A stretch of 63,362 nucleotides of DNA, filler included, from Octopus bimaculoides (GCF_001194135.2; 4 parts of 4 records of this genome joined end to end with filler, not necessarily neighbours in it), one strand, 5' to 3'; shown: positions 25,267-37,137, counted from the first letter of the whole stretch. Translations and numbers: made by a program. Notes: generated by a model from the letters alone, not told the origin.

Positions 25267-25483
25267 AAGCAGCGAGCTGGCAGAATCGTTAGCACGCCAG
25301 GCAAAATGCTTAGCGGTATTTCGTCTTTCTTTGCGTTCTGAGTTCAAATTCCACCGAGGTCGACTATGCCTTTCCACCCTTCGGAGTCGATTGAATAAGC
25401 ACCAGTGAAGACTAGGGTCGATTTAAACGACTTCGCTCCTCCAACGACTTCGCTGGCCTTGTGCCAAAATTTAAAACCAATAA
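25267..25483 (+). mobile_element. SINE family C, full length
   Basis: GCAGCGAGCTGGCAGAATCGTTAGC (A-box-like), GAGTTCAAATTCC (B-box-like), core GAGGTCGAC..TAAGCACCAG, tail GCCTTGTGCCAAAATTTAAAACC. Confidence 0.9.
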
Positions 25484-25793
25484 TACTAAGGAGTCGGATG
25501 CTTCTTGGTGAATGTAAATTTTTCAAATAAAAACAAATCAAAGCCAGTGATTCAAGCTGAGGTAGAGTCAATTTCATTCCGTTTCTTGGATCTTTGTAAC
25601 ACTGAGTGTACGTGAACGCAGAATGCAGCTGAGCTAATTATTTATAAACTTTAGCACCAGCATTGAGTACTTTTCTTTGTGTGTGTTACCACTAACGTAT
25701 GTGTGTGCGTATATGTATGTATGAATCTGAACATAACATACACGCATACACGTTGTTATCGCTGAACACATACATGTATGTGTGTATATGCAC

Positions 25794-26172
25794 GTTGTTG
25801 TTGGCACTCCGTCGCTTACGACGTCGAGGGTTCCAGTTGATCCGATCAACGGAACAGCTTGCTCGTGAAATTAACGTGCAAGTGGCTGACCACTCCACAG
25901 ACACGTGTGCCCTTAACGTAGTTCTCGGGGATATTCAGCGTGACACAGTGTAACAAGGCTGACCCTTTGAATTACAGGCACAACAGAAACAGGAAGTAAG
26001 AGTAAGAGAAAGTTGTAGTGAAAGAGTACAGCAGGGTTCGCCACCATCCCCTGTCGGAGCCTCGTGGAGCTTCAGGTGTTTTCGCTCAATAAACACTTAC
26101 AACGCCCGGTCTGGGAATCGAAACCGCGATCTTATGACCGCTGCCCTAACCACTGCGCCATTGCACCTCCAC
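25794..26172 (-). mobile_element. SINE family B (long-tail variant)
   Basis: tRNA-like head (reverse complement GGCGCAGTGGTTAGGG..GGTTTCGATTCCCAGACC) and (CAA)n tail. High similarity to 44963-45346. Confidence 0.92.
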
Positions 26173-26388
26173 ATATGCACGTATGTATGTATGTATGTAT
26201 GTATGTATGTATAGTGTATGTGTGTGTGTATGTACGCGTGTGTGTGTATGTATGTACGCATTAATTATGTGTGTGTGTATATAATACAATGTTCTATTGT
26301 GTTCAACCTGTAAATTAACCAAAGCAGATTTAAGTGCATTGAATAGGGACAATATTCGTGATTAGTAAATACAAGTGCGCGTGCACAG

Positions 26389-26431
<43 letters not shown>

Positions 26432-26433
<2 letters not shown>

Positions 26434-26578
26434 ACGGGGTTCTTTCAGTTTCTGTTCACCAAATGCGTTCTCAAAGCTTTAGTCGGCCCGAGGCTGTAAT
26501 AGAAGACACTCGCCTAAGGTGCCACGCAGTGGGACTGAACCGGAACCATGTGGTTGGGAAGCAAGCTTCTTACCATAC
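26432..26578 (-). mobile_element. SINE family A 5' half
   Basis: Matches the head of 10339 and 27062-27222. Confidence 0.85.
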
Positions 26579-26609
26579 ATGTATGTGTGTATGTATGTTT
26601 GTATGTATG

Positions 26610-26771
26610 CAGGGCCGGCTCAAGGTACCGGCAACTAGGGCAGTCGCCCGGACGCCATGTGGTAGTGGGCGCCAAAGAGAAGTGACAAAGACAAGGAAAT
26701 TACCGCGACCGTCTATTTGTACACGCCGAAGTTCAGCTTGACCGGGGCGCCAGCAACCCTACAGCCGGACT

Positions 26772-26773
<2 letters not shown>
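26610..26773. mobile_element. GC-rich hAT-like MITE in a (TATG)n tract
   Basis: Ends CAGGGCCGGCT / AGCCGGACTTA, two internal GGGCGCCA motifs, TATGTATG on both flanks (uninformative inside a microsatellite). Confidence 0.6.
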
Positions 26774-26803
<30 letters not shown>

Positions 26804-26815
26804 TGTATGTATGTC

Positions 26816-27021
26816 TTTTACTCTTTTACTTATTTCGATCATTTGACTGTGACATGCTGGAGCACCGCCTTTAGTCGAGCTAATCGACCCCAGGACTTAT
26901 TCTTTGTAAGCCTAGTCCTTATTCTATCGGTCTCTTTTTGTCGAACCGCTAAGTTACGGGGACGAAAACACACCAGTATCGGTTGTCAAGCGATGGTGGG
27001 GGGACAAACACTGACACACCA

Positions 27022-27055
<34 letters not shown>

Positions 27056-27222
27056 ATATATACGACGGGCTTCTTTCAGTTTCCGTCTACCAAATCCACT
27101 CACAATGCTTTGGTCGGCCCGAGGCTATAGTAGAAGACACTTGCCCAAGATGCCACGCAATGGGACTGAACCCGGAACCATGTGGTTGGTAAGCAAGCTA
27201 CTTACCACACAGTCACTCCTAT
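26816..27222 (-). mobile_element. SINE family A, full length, ungapped
   Basis: All modules present: head, CTTGGGCAAGTG body, (TA)n spacer, CCCCGTAACTTAGCGGTTCG, tail. Confidence 0.95.
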
Positions 27223-27915
27223 GTATGTATGTATGTATGTATGTATGTATGTATGCATGTATGTATATATATATATGTATGTGCATTGTATGTATATGTG
27301 TATTCTTCCGCATATTCTTCAAATACATGTACCATGTAAATGTTTTCGTTAAAGTTTATTGAAAAAGATAACATTTTCATTTATTTATTTTATTTTTTGA
27401 ATAATTTAATGCAAAAGATGTGGGGATAAAATATTAAGTTAAACAACGATTAATAAAGTTAGACCCACAATCAAGAATCAAACACAAACTGCAAATAAAT
27501 ATACAAATAAAAGGACAAAATGTTAAAAAAGAAAAGGAAGAAAGAAAAAATCTACATTTATCCGTTCATTACTTATAAGTTTGACTTATGTATCTATTTA
27601 TTGCATGCTAAACGCACATAACTGACTGTAGGTTAGTTAATTGAATTAGTACTGTCGATTTTGAGAAGTTTAGTGGCTTGGCGATGAGGCGTCTATTGAT
27701 TCACCGTCGGCGACGACACTTCATCGTGACGATTTCATCTATCAACGGTAATAATAATCCTTTTACGTTCTCACTTAAAGGGAAGTAATTACTAGGTGAC
27801 ATTTCATATTCCTTCGCACATGCGTATTTCTCCCCACATGTGCACATACACATACGCATACCTATACATACACACACATACACACATATATATATATAAA
27901 GAGAAAGATATTGTG

Positions 27916-27946
<31 letters not shown>

Positions 27947-28269
27947 TCACAATATCTTTCTCTTTTCCCTCTCTCTGTCCATTCTCCTCTTCCTCCTTCC
28001 TCCCCTTCTCTCTCTAGCCATCTCCCCTTTCTTCGTAAATAATACGTCATCTCTAATTTGTATGCATTCTTTTATCCTCTCTACGCTTTATCTCTACTTT
28101 TATCACACTTTTGCCCATCATTCTATACATACGTACACACGTACAGACATACGAACATATATACATACATACGTACGTACGTACATACATAAATACATAC
28201 ATACATACATACATACATACATACGTACGTACATACGTACTTACATACGTACGTACGTACATACTTAGA

Positions 28270-28395
28270 TGCAGGTATGAATGTCTGGTTGAGAAGCTCA
28301 CTTTGTAACGATATAGTTTCAGGTTCAGTTTCACTGCGCAGCACTTTGGGCAAGTACCTTCTGCTTCGAGCTCCTGCCTAACCAATGCCCTGTGT
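28270..28395 (+). mobile_element. Diverged SINE family A head
   Basis: GGTTCAGTTTCACTGCGCAGCACTTTGGGCAAGT. Confidence 0.65.
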
Positions 28396-28399
28396 GTGC

Positions 28400-28452
<53 letters not shown>

Positions 28453-28965
28453 CGCGCGCGCGCGTGTGTGTGTGTCTGTCTGTCTGTCTGTCTATTTATC
28501 TGTTCTCCTCTATTTTTAATAATTTTCTGTAATGGTTTCTAACAAAGATACAAATCTCCAGCGTTGGAATGTAGATAACAAAAACATATTCACAAAAAGT
28601 CTTACATATTTTTACTCTTCCTCTCACAGATTGTATTTGTAATGTGGGAGTTAGTTGATTGATTTTTTTTCCTAGTCACTTAGGCATTTACTCACAAAAC
28701 CAAATGCACTAGATTTTATTGGTATAAATGTGAATTTACACTCTGAGTATAAAAGCTGAAGCTTTCGAAGCAGTTATCTGTAGTTATACTCTTTCTGTTT
28801 CATTTCCGAAGAAATATTCACAATGACAGTACATACTTTTCAGTGCCTGTCCCAAGCAACAATATCCGGCCTGTTATATTTTCAGTTGGTAGCAGTTTCG
28901 ATGGGAATGTTTCACTAATATTCTTTGTGTTGATGTTTGTGTATTTACTTAATAACATTGGGTTT

Positions 28966-29130
28966 CTTAATATTCATTTCCGAACAGCTAATGTTCCCAC
29001 TTAGCCTTAAATGACGCAGTTGTGCATCGGTAGCCAGCTGGAAATGATGATTTCCTGGGGTCAAAAAAAGTGAGTGACATCGACCTAATCAGAACTACCA
29101 CTTTACGTCGGCAAACGGATTTTACTCTGT
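28966..29130 (-). repeat. Unclassified dispersed repeat, copy 1
   Basis: Homologous to 33671-33834 (AGAGTAAAATC..TTTGCC..CTACCGA.GCACAACTGCGTC). Confidence 0.75.
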
Positions 29131-29329
29131 AGTACTGTTACTATTTACTTCTAGCTCAGAGATTTAAACTAATTGTTTTCCTCCTAACGAGATCAGTAAC
29201 TGTGTGTTACTTTACAAGTATATACCTCGAACAAGGTACTTTGTTCGAGGTATATTATTCTAGAAGTTAGTACCTTGATGACGTTTTTGGGACGGCTGTT
29301 AGGCACACCTGTGATGTGGTCCACAGAAA

Positions 29330-29650
29330 TGTGCCATAATCTATATCTTCGGTTGCATCTTGGGGTTCCAAGGGCTTCACCACCTCTTTTGTTTATTAGG
29401 TATTTTGTAGCAATATTTTGTTCATAGATTGCAAATGCATAACCGTCAAAATATAATGTTATGTAGCAGTCATGAGTCCAAGAAAAGTTGCAATTCATGA
29501 TATTAATGCCGCCTCCATGTCTTTGGGAAACATGACCATAGTCTTTTTTGTTCTGTTGACCGTTTCCCATTCTTAGAGGAAGGGAGGACACTCTGGGGAG
29601 CTCGCTAACGACATGTAGCATGTTGTTCTTTTCATTATTCAGCACAAGTT
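29330..29650 (-). pseudogene. Possible highly decayed Tc1/Tc3-type transposase fragment
   Basis: VLNNEKNNM (SDEKKFNL-like), QRHGGGINIMNCNFSW (GGG.VMVWG.FS-like), then QDAT after a frameshift. Weak. Confidence 0.35.
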
Positions 29651-30539
29651 TCACGTTTTTATTTTTGCTTCTGTTGCTATGTATGTATGTATGTATACAT
29701 GCATGTATGCAGCATGTATATATGTCTCTTCTATTTTTTAATTATTACAAATTTTCCACTGAGGAGGTAGCCCGTTTCCAATAAAGATACAAGGCTCTAT
29801 CTTTGGGATGTAGTTAACACGGACAAATTCACATTTGGAACTTAAGAAAAGTCTTGCATATTTTTACTGTTCCACTCACATGTATGTATGTATGTATGTA
29901 TGTATGTATGTATGCATTTGTGTATGTATGTATAAAGGAAAACGTTTATCTGTTAAATATGAATTTACTTTCTTTACAATAAAACAGATGTGTTCACACA
30001 TGGTTGAATTGTATGTTACTCTGAGTAGAGTTGGATATCCATCAGTAAAGATTTTTGCTGCTCAAAGTCTATTTATTATACCAAGCGGATCTCACAGGTA
30101 TCACAATTATGAAAATGTTAAATTGACAAAAAATATTTTGTATACAGACATTGTTTGATTGTCAAAAGTTTCTGTCTATGGTTTGTTGCATGTGATAATA
30201 TGAAATGTTTCTTTTATTTCAATGTTGTTGCATCTTCTTTTATTTAATTCTTTGTTGAATAGATACCTATATTTCAATCGGTTATAAAAAAAAAAAAAAA
30301 AAACAGGTCATGCACTACTATTACTTAATTATAAATTGATGGACTTTAATGTTACAAGCTGAATGTCTTGATTATAAAGACATATTTATGCTGGAGTCAG
30401 CATACGAACCGTCGGTCGTTCGGCTTGTTGTCGAGTATCCTGTCAACGCTGCCAGCTGTCGTCCTAATTTGAACATATAGACTTTACTTGATACTATTGT
30501 TATTCATGTTGTTGCTTCTGTATTACTGTAATTACAGTA

Positions 30540-30852
30540 ATGTTATTACTGTTATTGTATTTTGACTGTTTTGTGGTTGTTGCTGGTGTTATTGATACTG
30601 TTGTCATTGTTGTTGTAGTAGTAGTTGTTATTGTTGCTGTTGTTGTTGTTGGTGGTGGTGGTGGTGGTGGTGAGGGGGATGGTGGTGTGATGGTGGTGAT
30701 GTTGATGTACTCTAGTTCCTGTTTTATTTTACTATTTTATAGTTGTGTCTCTGTTTCATTCATTCGAATTAGTAGTTTCCATTGTTACAAATGATGATGT
30801 GATGTTGACGAAGACAACGACGACAAGGATGATGGTAATGTTGATAATTATC

Positions 30853-30884
<32 letters not shown>

Positions 30885-30905
30885 TATCATCATAGTCATC
30901 ATCAT
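30540..30905. repeat. Compound trinucleotide tract (GTT/GGT/GAT/CAT)
   Basis: Directly visible. Confidence 0.9.
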
Positions 30906-31325
30906 CCTGTTACATTCTCCCGCTGTGATTCCCAATACATTATTTACAAATTCAGTTTTTGTAAACGAGTTAACAGCGAGACTGTCTTGCTTAAAGCCAA
31001 CGTAGAGACAAGGTTGAGAGAGAAAAAAGACAACAACAAAAAACAACAGAGAACTAAGCAGAACTAGTATAAAATAAAGATAGAAGGAAAACTGGAGCGG
31101 TGAGAACGGGGCAGTTGAGTGAATATTGATCAAATAGAGGAGAAGATGGGACTGAGGAAAATGAAGTGGAGGAAGGGGAAGAGAAAAAAATGAACACCAA
31201 GTGATGCTGGGCAGTTGTGAATGTTGAGATGTAAGATCGATTAGAACTGAATGAATAAGAGAGAGAAAAAAATGTGACCTGCTAAAATAATTGTCTCTTT
31301 TAACTAGGTAAAGGTGATATTATAT

Positions 31326-31489
31326 AGGTGTGGCGGTGTGGTAAGAAGCTTGCTTCTCAACCCCATGGTTCTTGGTTCAGTTCCACTGCGTGGAACCTTA
31401 GGCAAGTGTCTTCTACTCGGGCCGATCAAAGCCTTGTGAGTGGATTTGATAGACGGAATCTGGAAGAAGCACGTCGTATACACACACAC

Positions 31490-31572
<83 letters not shown>

Positions 31573-31807
31573 TATTTATGTGTGTGTGTCTTTGCGTCTG
31601 TGTTTGTCCCCCCTACTATTGCTTGACAATCGATATTGGTGTGTTTATGACCCCGTAACTTAGCGGTTCGGCTAAAGATACTGATAGAATAAGTACTAGG
31701 CTTACAAAGAATAAGCGCTGGGGTCGATTTCTTCAGATAAAACCCTTTAAGGCGGTGCTCCAGCATGGCAACAGTCAAATGACTGAACCAAGTAGAAGTG
31801 TAAAAGA

Positions 31808-31808
<1 letters not shown>
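31326..31808 (+). mobile_element. SINE family A, full length
   Basis: Head GGTGTGGCGGTGTGGTAAGAAGC, (TA)n(TATG)n spacer, tail GGCGGTGCTCCAGCATGGC. Confidence 0.93.
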
Positions 31809-31845
<37 letters not shown>

Positions 31846-32538
31846 TTTATTTAACCACTGGAAATTCTTATTTAACGACAATTGTTTCGTTGCTTAATAA
31901 AACATGTATACATAGTTTATTTTATTATATTTTACAATAAGTAATAAATTACTTACATGTCTGCATTAATATAAGCAATTTTCAAATTAATGTAGATATT
32001 AAGCTAACTCTTCGGGTAAAAAGAAATCCATGTTTTAAAATAATCCCTCGACATAGCGTTTCATGAACGCAAAGTCAATATTAAGAAACGAAAACTTTAA
32101 AAATAGTGAAGACAAAAACAATAACATTAATAGAAATTCCTTTCTAAAGAAGGGAAGGGAGGTTTAGTAAGATATTAAAAAGTAACTAGTAGATAATTTT
32201 GGCGTAAGAAAAAGTAAAATGATGTATTTATCATTAATAACTTAGAAAATGAAAGATCGTAAAGATGGAGGAAAATAATAACGAAGCGAAACTAAGTAAG
32301 AGTTCTTAAAGACAATGTTTACGAAATATAGGGATTGATATCAACAAGAAAAATCTCAACAGCATTAAATTAAAAATTAGAAGATCAAAGATATAAGTAA
32401 ATATTTAAAAAAAGAATCTTAAAGATTATGGATGACAATAACGATGAAATTAATAGAAATTAATAAGACGGTTTTCTAAGAAGGGAAGAGAAATTTAGTA
32501 TGATATTAAAATGTATACATACTCTGCAAATATATGCG

Positions 32539-32671
32539 CACCAGCAGTTTAGCTTAATTAATCTGCAGTTTTTGAACTTACTTTCGTCGTAGTTTGAATT
32601 TCATATCAGCGTCTTATAAGCTGGATTTATAAGTTCAAAAACTGCAGATTAATTAAGCTAAACTGCTGGTG
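32539..32671. repeat. Perfect 42-bp inverted repeat with 49-nt spacer
   Basis: 32539-32580 is the exact reverse complement of 32630-32671. Confidence 0.97.
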
Positions 32672-32744
32672 GACAGTTTAGCTTAATGGTAAAGCACTAT
32701 GACTGGTAATCAAAGAGATGTGAGTTCGAGTCCCATGGCTGGCT
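32672..32744 (+). pseudogene. tRNA-Thr-like pseudogene or SINE head
   Basis: D-arm GCTT-AATGGTA-AAGC, anticodon loop CTGGTAA, variable GAGAT, T-loop TTCGAGT. Mismatches in acceptor, anticodon and T stems. Resembles tRNA-Thr(AGT) with A34G. Confidence 0.65.
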
Positions 32745-32852
32745 GCTGGCAAACTTTTCTGCAAAATATAGATATTTTATCCTATTCTGTTATATATATA
32801 TATATAAAATTGAGTTTTTACCTGTAATTTTGGATTTTGTCCCTAATATTAT

Positions 32853-32895
<43 letters not shown>

Positions 32896-33670
32896 AAAAT
32901 GTAGGAGGAATTATAATCTAAGTAGTGAAGCACATCTGCGTATTCTAGCAATCAAATGTATGTGTAGAGATGTTTTATTACAAATTAGAGAATTGCATAA
33001 TTCTTGGCGAATTATATTTGCAGAGTATGTATACATTGAAACAAGGAGTGGAATATGTAGTAGCATTTTAATTCTGTGTTATATGTTTCCTTGCAATATG
33101 GGAAATATATCTTATGAACATAAATACTAATATTAATATTAAGATGATTATAAAAATTTCATAGACAGTTATATATATATATATATNNNNNNNNNNNNNN
33201 NNNNNNNNNNNNNNNNNNNNNNNNNNNNNNNNNNNNNNNNNNNNNNNNNNNNNNNNNNNNNNNNNNNNNNNNNNNNNNNNNNNNNNNNNNNNNNNNNNNN
33301 NNNNNNNNNNNNNNNNNNNNNNNNNNNNNNNNNNNNNNNNNNNNNNNNNNNNNNNNNNNNNNNNNNNNNNNNNNNNNNNNNNNNNNNNNNNNNNNNNNNN
33401 NNNNNNNNNNNNNNNNNNNNNNNNNNNNNNNNNNNNNNNNNNNNNNNNNNNNNNNNNNNNNNNNNNNNNNNNNNNNNNNNNNNNNNNNNNNNNNNNNNNN
33501 NNNNNNNNNNNNNNNNNNNNNNNNNNNNNNNNNNNNNNNNNNNNNNNNNNNNNNNNNNNNNNNNNNNNNNNNNNNNNNNNNNNNNNNNNNNNNNNNNNNN
33601 NNNNNNNNNNNNNNNNNNNNNNNNNNNNNNNNNNNNNNNNNNNNNNNNNNTATATATATATATATTGATG

Positions 33671-33834
33671 TAGAGTAAAATCTATTTGCCAACATAAAGC
33701 GGCAGTCCTGTTTGGGACGATGTTACTACCTTTTTTCAGCCCCAGAAAACATCTTTTCCGGTTGGCTACCGACGCACAACTGCGTCCTTATATCTCGAAC
33801 AAGGGAGCTAATGTCCCCATTGAGCCTTAAATGA
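33671..33834 (+). repeat. Unclassified dispersed repeat, copy 2, with an internal ~48-bp inversion
   Basis: Alignment by eye to 28966-29130. Confidence 0.75.
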
Positions 33835-34014
33835 TACCTGTGGACCATAGTTTCTGGGCTATTTTTTAACACATAATTAATTAGCATAATAGCATAGCCT
33901 GGAAAAAACATAGATTACATGGAAAAATGTGAGCAAGAGAAATAATATTCTTATTCTTAGTGCAAGTTTTGAATAGTGCAGTTTGATTTTAACAGTTATT
34001 TTTGCAAAGCTATA

Positions 34015-34682
34015 ATGGAAGTTACGAAAGAGCATATTCAGCATATTTTACTTCATGAGTTCAATAAAGGCAACAACACAACGGAAAGTGCGAGGAATAT
34101 TAATGCAGTATATGGGGATCGAACAATATGCGTAAGGCATTGTCGACGGTGGTTCCAGAAATTCCAAGCCGGAGACTACAACCTAGAAGACGAGCCTCGT
34201 CCTGGAAGATCTGTAGAGCTCGACGAGGACGTCCAACAAACCCTGGTAAAACAAAGTCCCATCGTAACTGGTGAGGAACTAGCAGAGAAGCTTGGATTTG
34301 GTAATTCAACCATTCATCGACACCCACGTGCCATCGGAAAAGTCAGCAAAGTGGGTTATTAAACGAAAGGTATTCTTCCATCAGGATAATGTTCGGTCAC
34401 ATACAGCGAGGATGGTATTCCAAAGGCTAGAACAGTGTGAATGGGAAACGATGCCTCACCCACCATATTCACTGGACATTGCCCCATCTGATTATCATTT
34501 ATTCTGCAGTCTTCAAAATCATTTGGACAGAAAAAATATGAATTCTTGTAGACGAGGTCAGAACAGTATTGGAAGAGTATTTTTCACCATGGACAAGTGA
34601 ACTTTGGAAGAGGGGCCTATCAAGTCTACCAGATAGATGGAAAAGCATTGTAGAAAATGAAGGAGAGTATATTTTAGATTAA
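34015..34682 (+). pseudogene. Mariner transposase, internally deleted (second mariner lineage)
   Basis: MEVTKEHIQHILLHEFNKG..WFQKFQAGDYNLEDEPRPGR..KVSKVG jumps to HQDNVRSH..HPPYSLDIAPSDYHLF..EGEYILD*. The TGDEKW region is missing (668 nt vs about 1 kb typical). Confidence 0.92.
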
Positions 34683-34873
34683 AAAATAACTTTGGTCATC
34701 TTAATTTTGAAAAATAAAAGAAGTATATATATCTGGGTCACAGAAAATATATGGTTGAAGTCGATCAAGCAGCTTTCTGTCGTTTTTTTCATCCCAAAGT
34801 TTTTTTCTTTTCTTCATTAGCCTTATATTATAAAACAACAATTCATTTCGAAAAAAAAATCGTTAATAAAGAT

Positions 34874-34908
<35 letters not shown>

Positions 34909-35993
34909 TGCTTCCAAATTTACATTAAAAATATTTAATGATGTTTTAATTTTGCAAAGAGGAAAACGATATTGTGTAATATTTATACCTAGTACAAGGG
35001 GATATTAGCCATATATATATAACAATGAAATAGATATGACCGTGAAATGAAACCGGTTTACTGACTCAACAAGCCGGATGCTTATTTAAACATCCTCCCA
35101 CCCCACTTCTCGCTCTGTCCCTTATCCGCGCTCTCTCGCCCTCTCTCACCCTCTCCCCGCCGTTTCTTTCTCACACCTCAAGATATTTTTATTGCATTTA
35201 CAAACTCTTCTTTTCGTTCCACCTTTACAGTTACTTTACTTCGGTACCTTTTTATTTCTACTATATTTGATTTGTTTGTTTAGTCATTTTGTTGTAGCTG
35301 TTGTTGTCGTCATCGTCGTAATTGTGAACTCAGTCAAAGGTTCTCAACCATCTCAGCCCGCACCTTTTCTCTTCCAGTCTTCACATAGCTTTTGACCCGT
35401 ATTATTTAGTTACAGCTAATATTACGACAAACGCCATGTTTTCTCTCTGTCTCTCTCTGTCTCTCTCTCTCCCTGTCCCCTCCCTGTCTCTGCCCCCTTC
35501 TCTCTCTTCCCCCTCTCTCTCTCTCTCTGTCATGTTTACAATAGCATAATTATAACAGTTATGGCCGAAACCAGATTTACAGAAGAAACAAAAACAGAAA
35601 ATAATAAAATAAATAAAAGAAACTGACATTTTTTTCCTGCTTTTTGACCCGAACTGACAACAAAAGTCTAGCAATGATATCCGACGAATGGAACTCCGGC
35701 AGGAAATTGGGAAATAGTAAATGAACGAATGAATAACTTAAAACAAAGCGAACCACTTATGAACACGATGAAACGACAAAGGGACATGTCCAGAAAAATG
35801 GAAAAATATTATATTAGATTTATTATTTATTAATTTCTGAGCCAGCATCTCCGAGCAGATGATCCAATAGAAACAAAGAATATTGTTTAAATGACTTCTT
35901 AATTTAATGTAAAATGTTAATTATACTGTTTTATACACTTTCATTTTCTATTTTTCTGTATCATATTACTACAGCCCATCGTATGTAAATTAA

Positions 35994-36350
35994 CTAGGTT
36001 GACAGGACGAGGTGAATAGACTAGATGGTGAATCGATATTTGGCTTGCAACGGATTACCGTGAGTGCTAATATAAAGCAAACGACCGTATTTTGCTTTTG
36101 TATTTTGTTTGCAAGATTTCTGATGTGAGTTCATGTGTTGAAACATATTTTGTTGTATCTCAGGAGTAGAACTGGAGTAGAGAGGGCATCTATTGATGAA
36201 GTCGCGAATGGCGACGAAAAGACTTTGACAAACCTATCTGATTGATTGACCGAAAGATTAATCAAACAACTGATTAGTTAACCAATTGACAAATAAATAA
36301 TACAGAAGTGAAACAAAATCTAGTCTATTTACTTCGTCCTGTCAACCTAG
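35994..36350 (+). mobile_element. Mariner-like MITE, 357 bp
   Basis: CTAGGTTGACAGGACGAGGTGAATAGACTAGAT is inverted at the right end with 2 mismatches. TTAA on both flanks. Internal remnant DEVANGDEK (TGDEK-like). Confidence 0.85.
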
Positions 36351-36719
36351 TTAATTCATGTGTTTATTATTGACACTATACCTTCCCGACGTACAACAAA
36401 ATGAACGTATGTTTTGTAAAATAATTATCATGTGATTATATACGAAGTTTATAAATAGTGCAGAAGATATGAAATACATGAATTTGGTGGCAGAGAAATG
36501 AAATAGAACAAAACGGAACGCTGAGCGACGATGGCATCTTTCGTTTACGGCTATCAAAAATACCTCGTGCCTGTCTACCTGCCAGTTTGATACCAAATCA
36601 ACGAACTCTGCTATGGTTCCGTAATACAATCTTCCTGTTTCAAACTTAACTAAATGAAAATGTGGCATCAAAATTTCATGTTAACCTATGTTCCAAACAC
36701 TAGCTTAATTATTGTTTCA

Positions 36720-36893
36720 AAACTTGGCACAAGTTGGTAATCTTAGAAGGAGGAAGTTAGTCGATTTAGATAGATCGCTGTACTTGACTGGTACTTATTT
36801 TATCGACTCCTAAAGGCTGAAAAACAAAGTCGACCTCTGTGGGACTTGAGTTCACCTAAGGATTTTATCCGACACGCTAATGATTCTGCCGCC
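36720..36893 (-). mobile_element. SINE family C (diverged)
   Basis: GACTGGTACTTATTTTATCGAC..AAAGTCGACCTC..GCTAATGATTCTGCC. Confidence 0.75.
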
Positions 36894-36904
36894 TTAAGCC
36901 TTTC

Positions 36905-37096
36905 TACTGTAGGCACAAGGCCTGAGATTTAAGAAGAGGGGGATAAGTAGATTGCATCTATCCCAGTACTTAACTGGAACTTATTTTATCGACAACGAAA
37001 GGATGGAGAGTAAAGTTGCCCATTGGCGGAATTCGGGCTCAGAACGTAAAAAGCCGGAAGAAATACAACTAAGCACTTTGTCCGGCGTGCTACCAA
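36905..37096 (-). mobile_element. SINE family C, head-to-tail with the previous copy
   Basis: GGCACAAGGCC..ACTGGAACTTATTTTATCGAC..GGCGGAATTCGGGCTCAGAACGTAAA..CCGGCGTGCTA. Confidence 0.75.
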
Positions 37097-37104
37097 TACA
37101 TATA

Positions 37105-37137
<33 letters not shown>

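Noticed and set aside
31960-32520. AT-rich coding-like stretch with an ~70-bp internal repeat as a Penelope N-terminal relic
   Set aside because: The FL.KG.KF-like hint is too weak to call.
32672-32744. Functional tRNA-Thr(GGT) gene
   Set aside because: Mismatches in three stems, a GGT anticodon atypical for eukaryotic cytosolic Thr, and no clear T-run terminator. Kept as a pseudogene.
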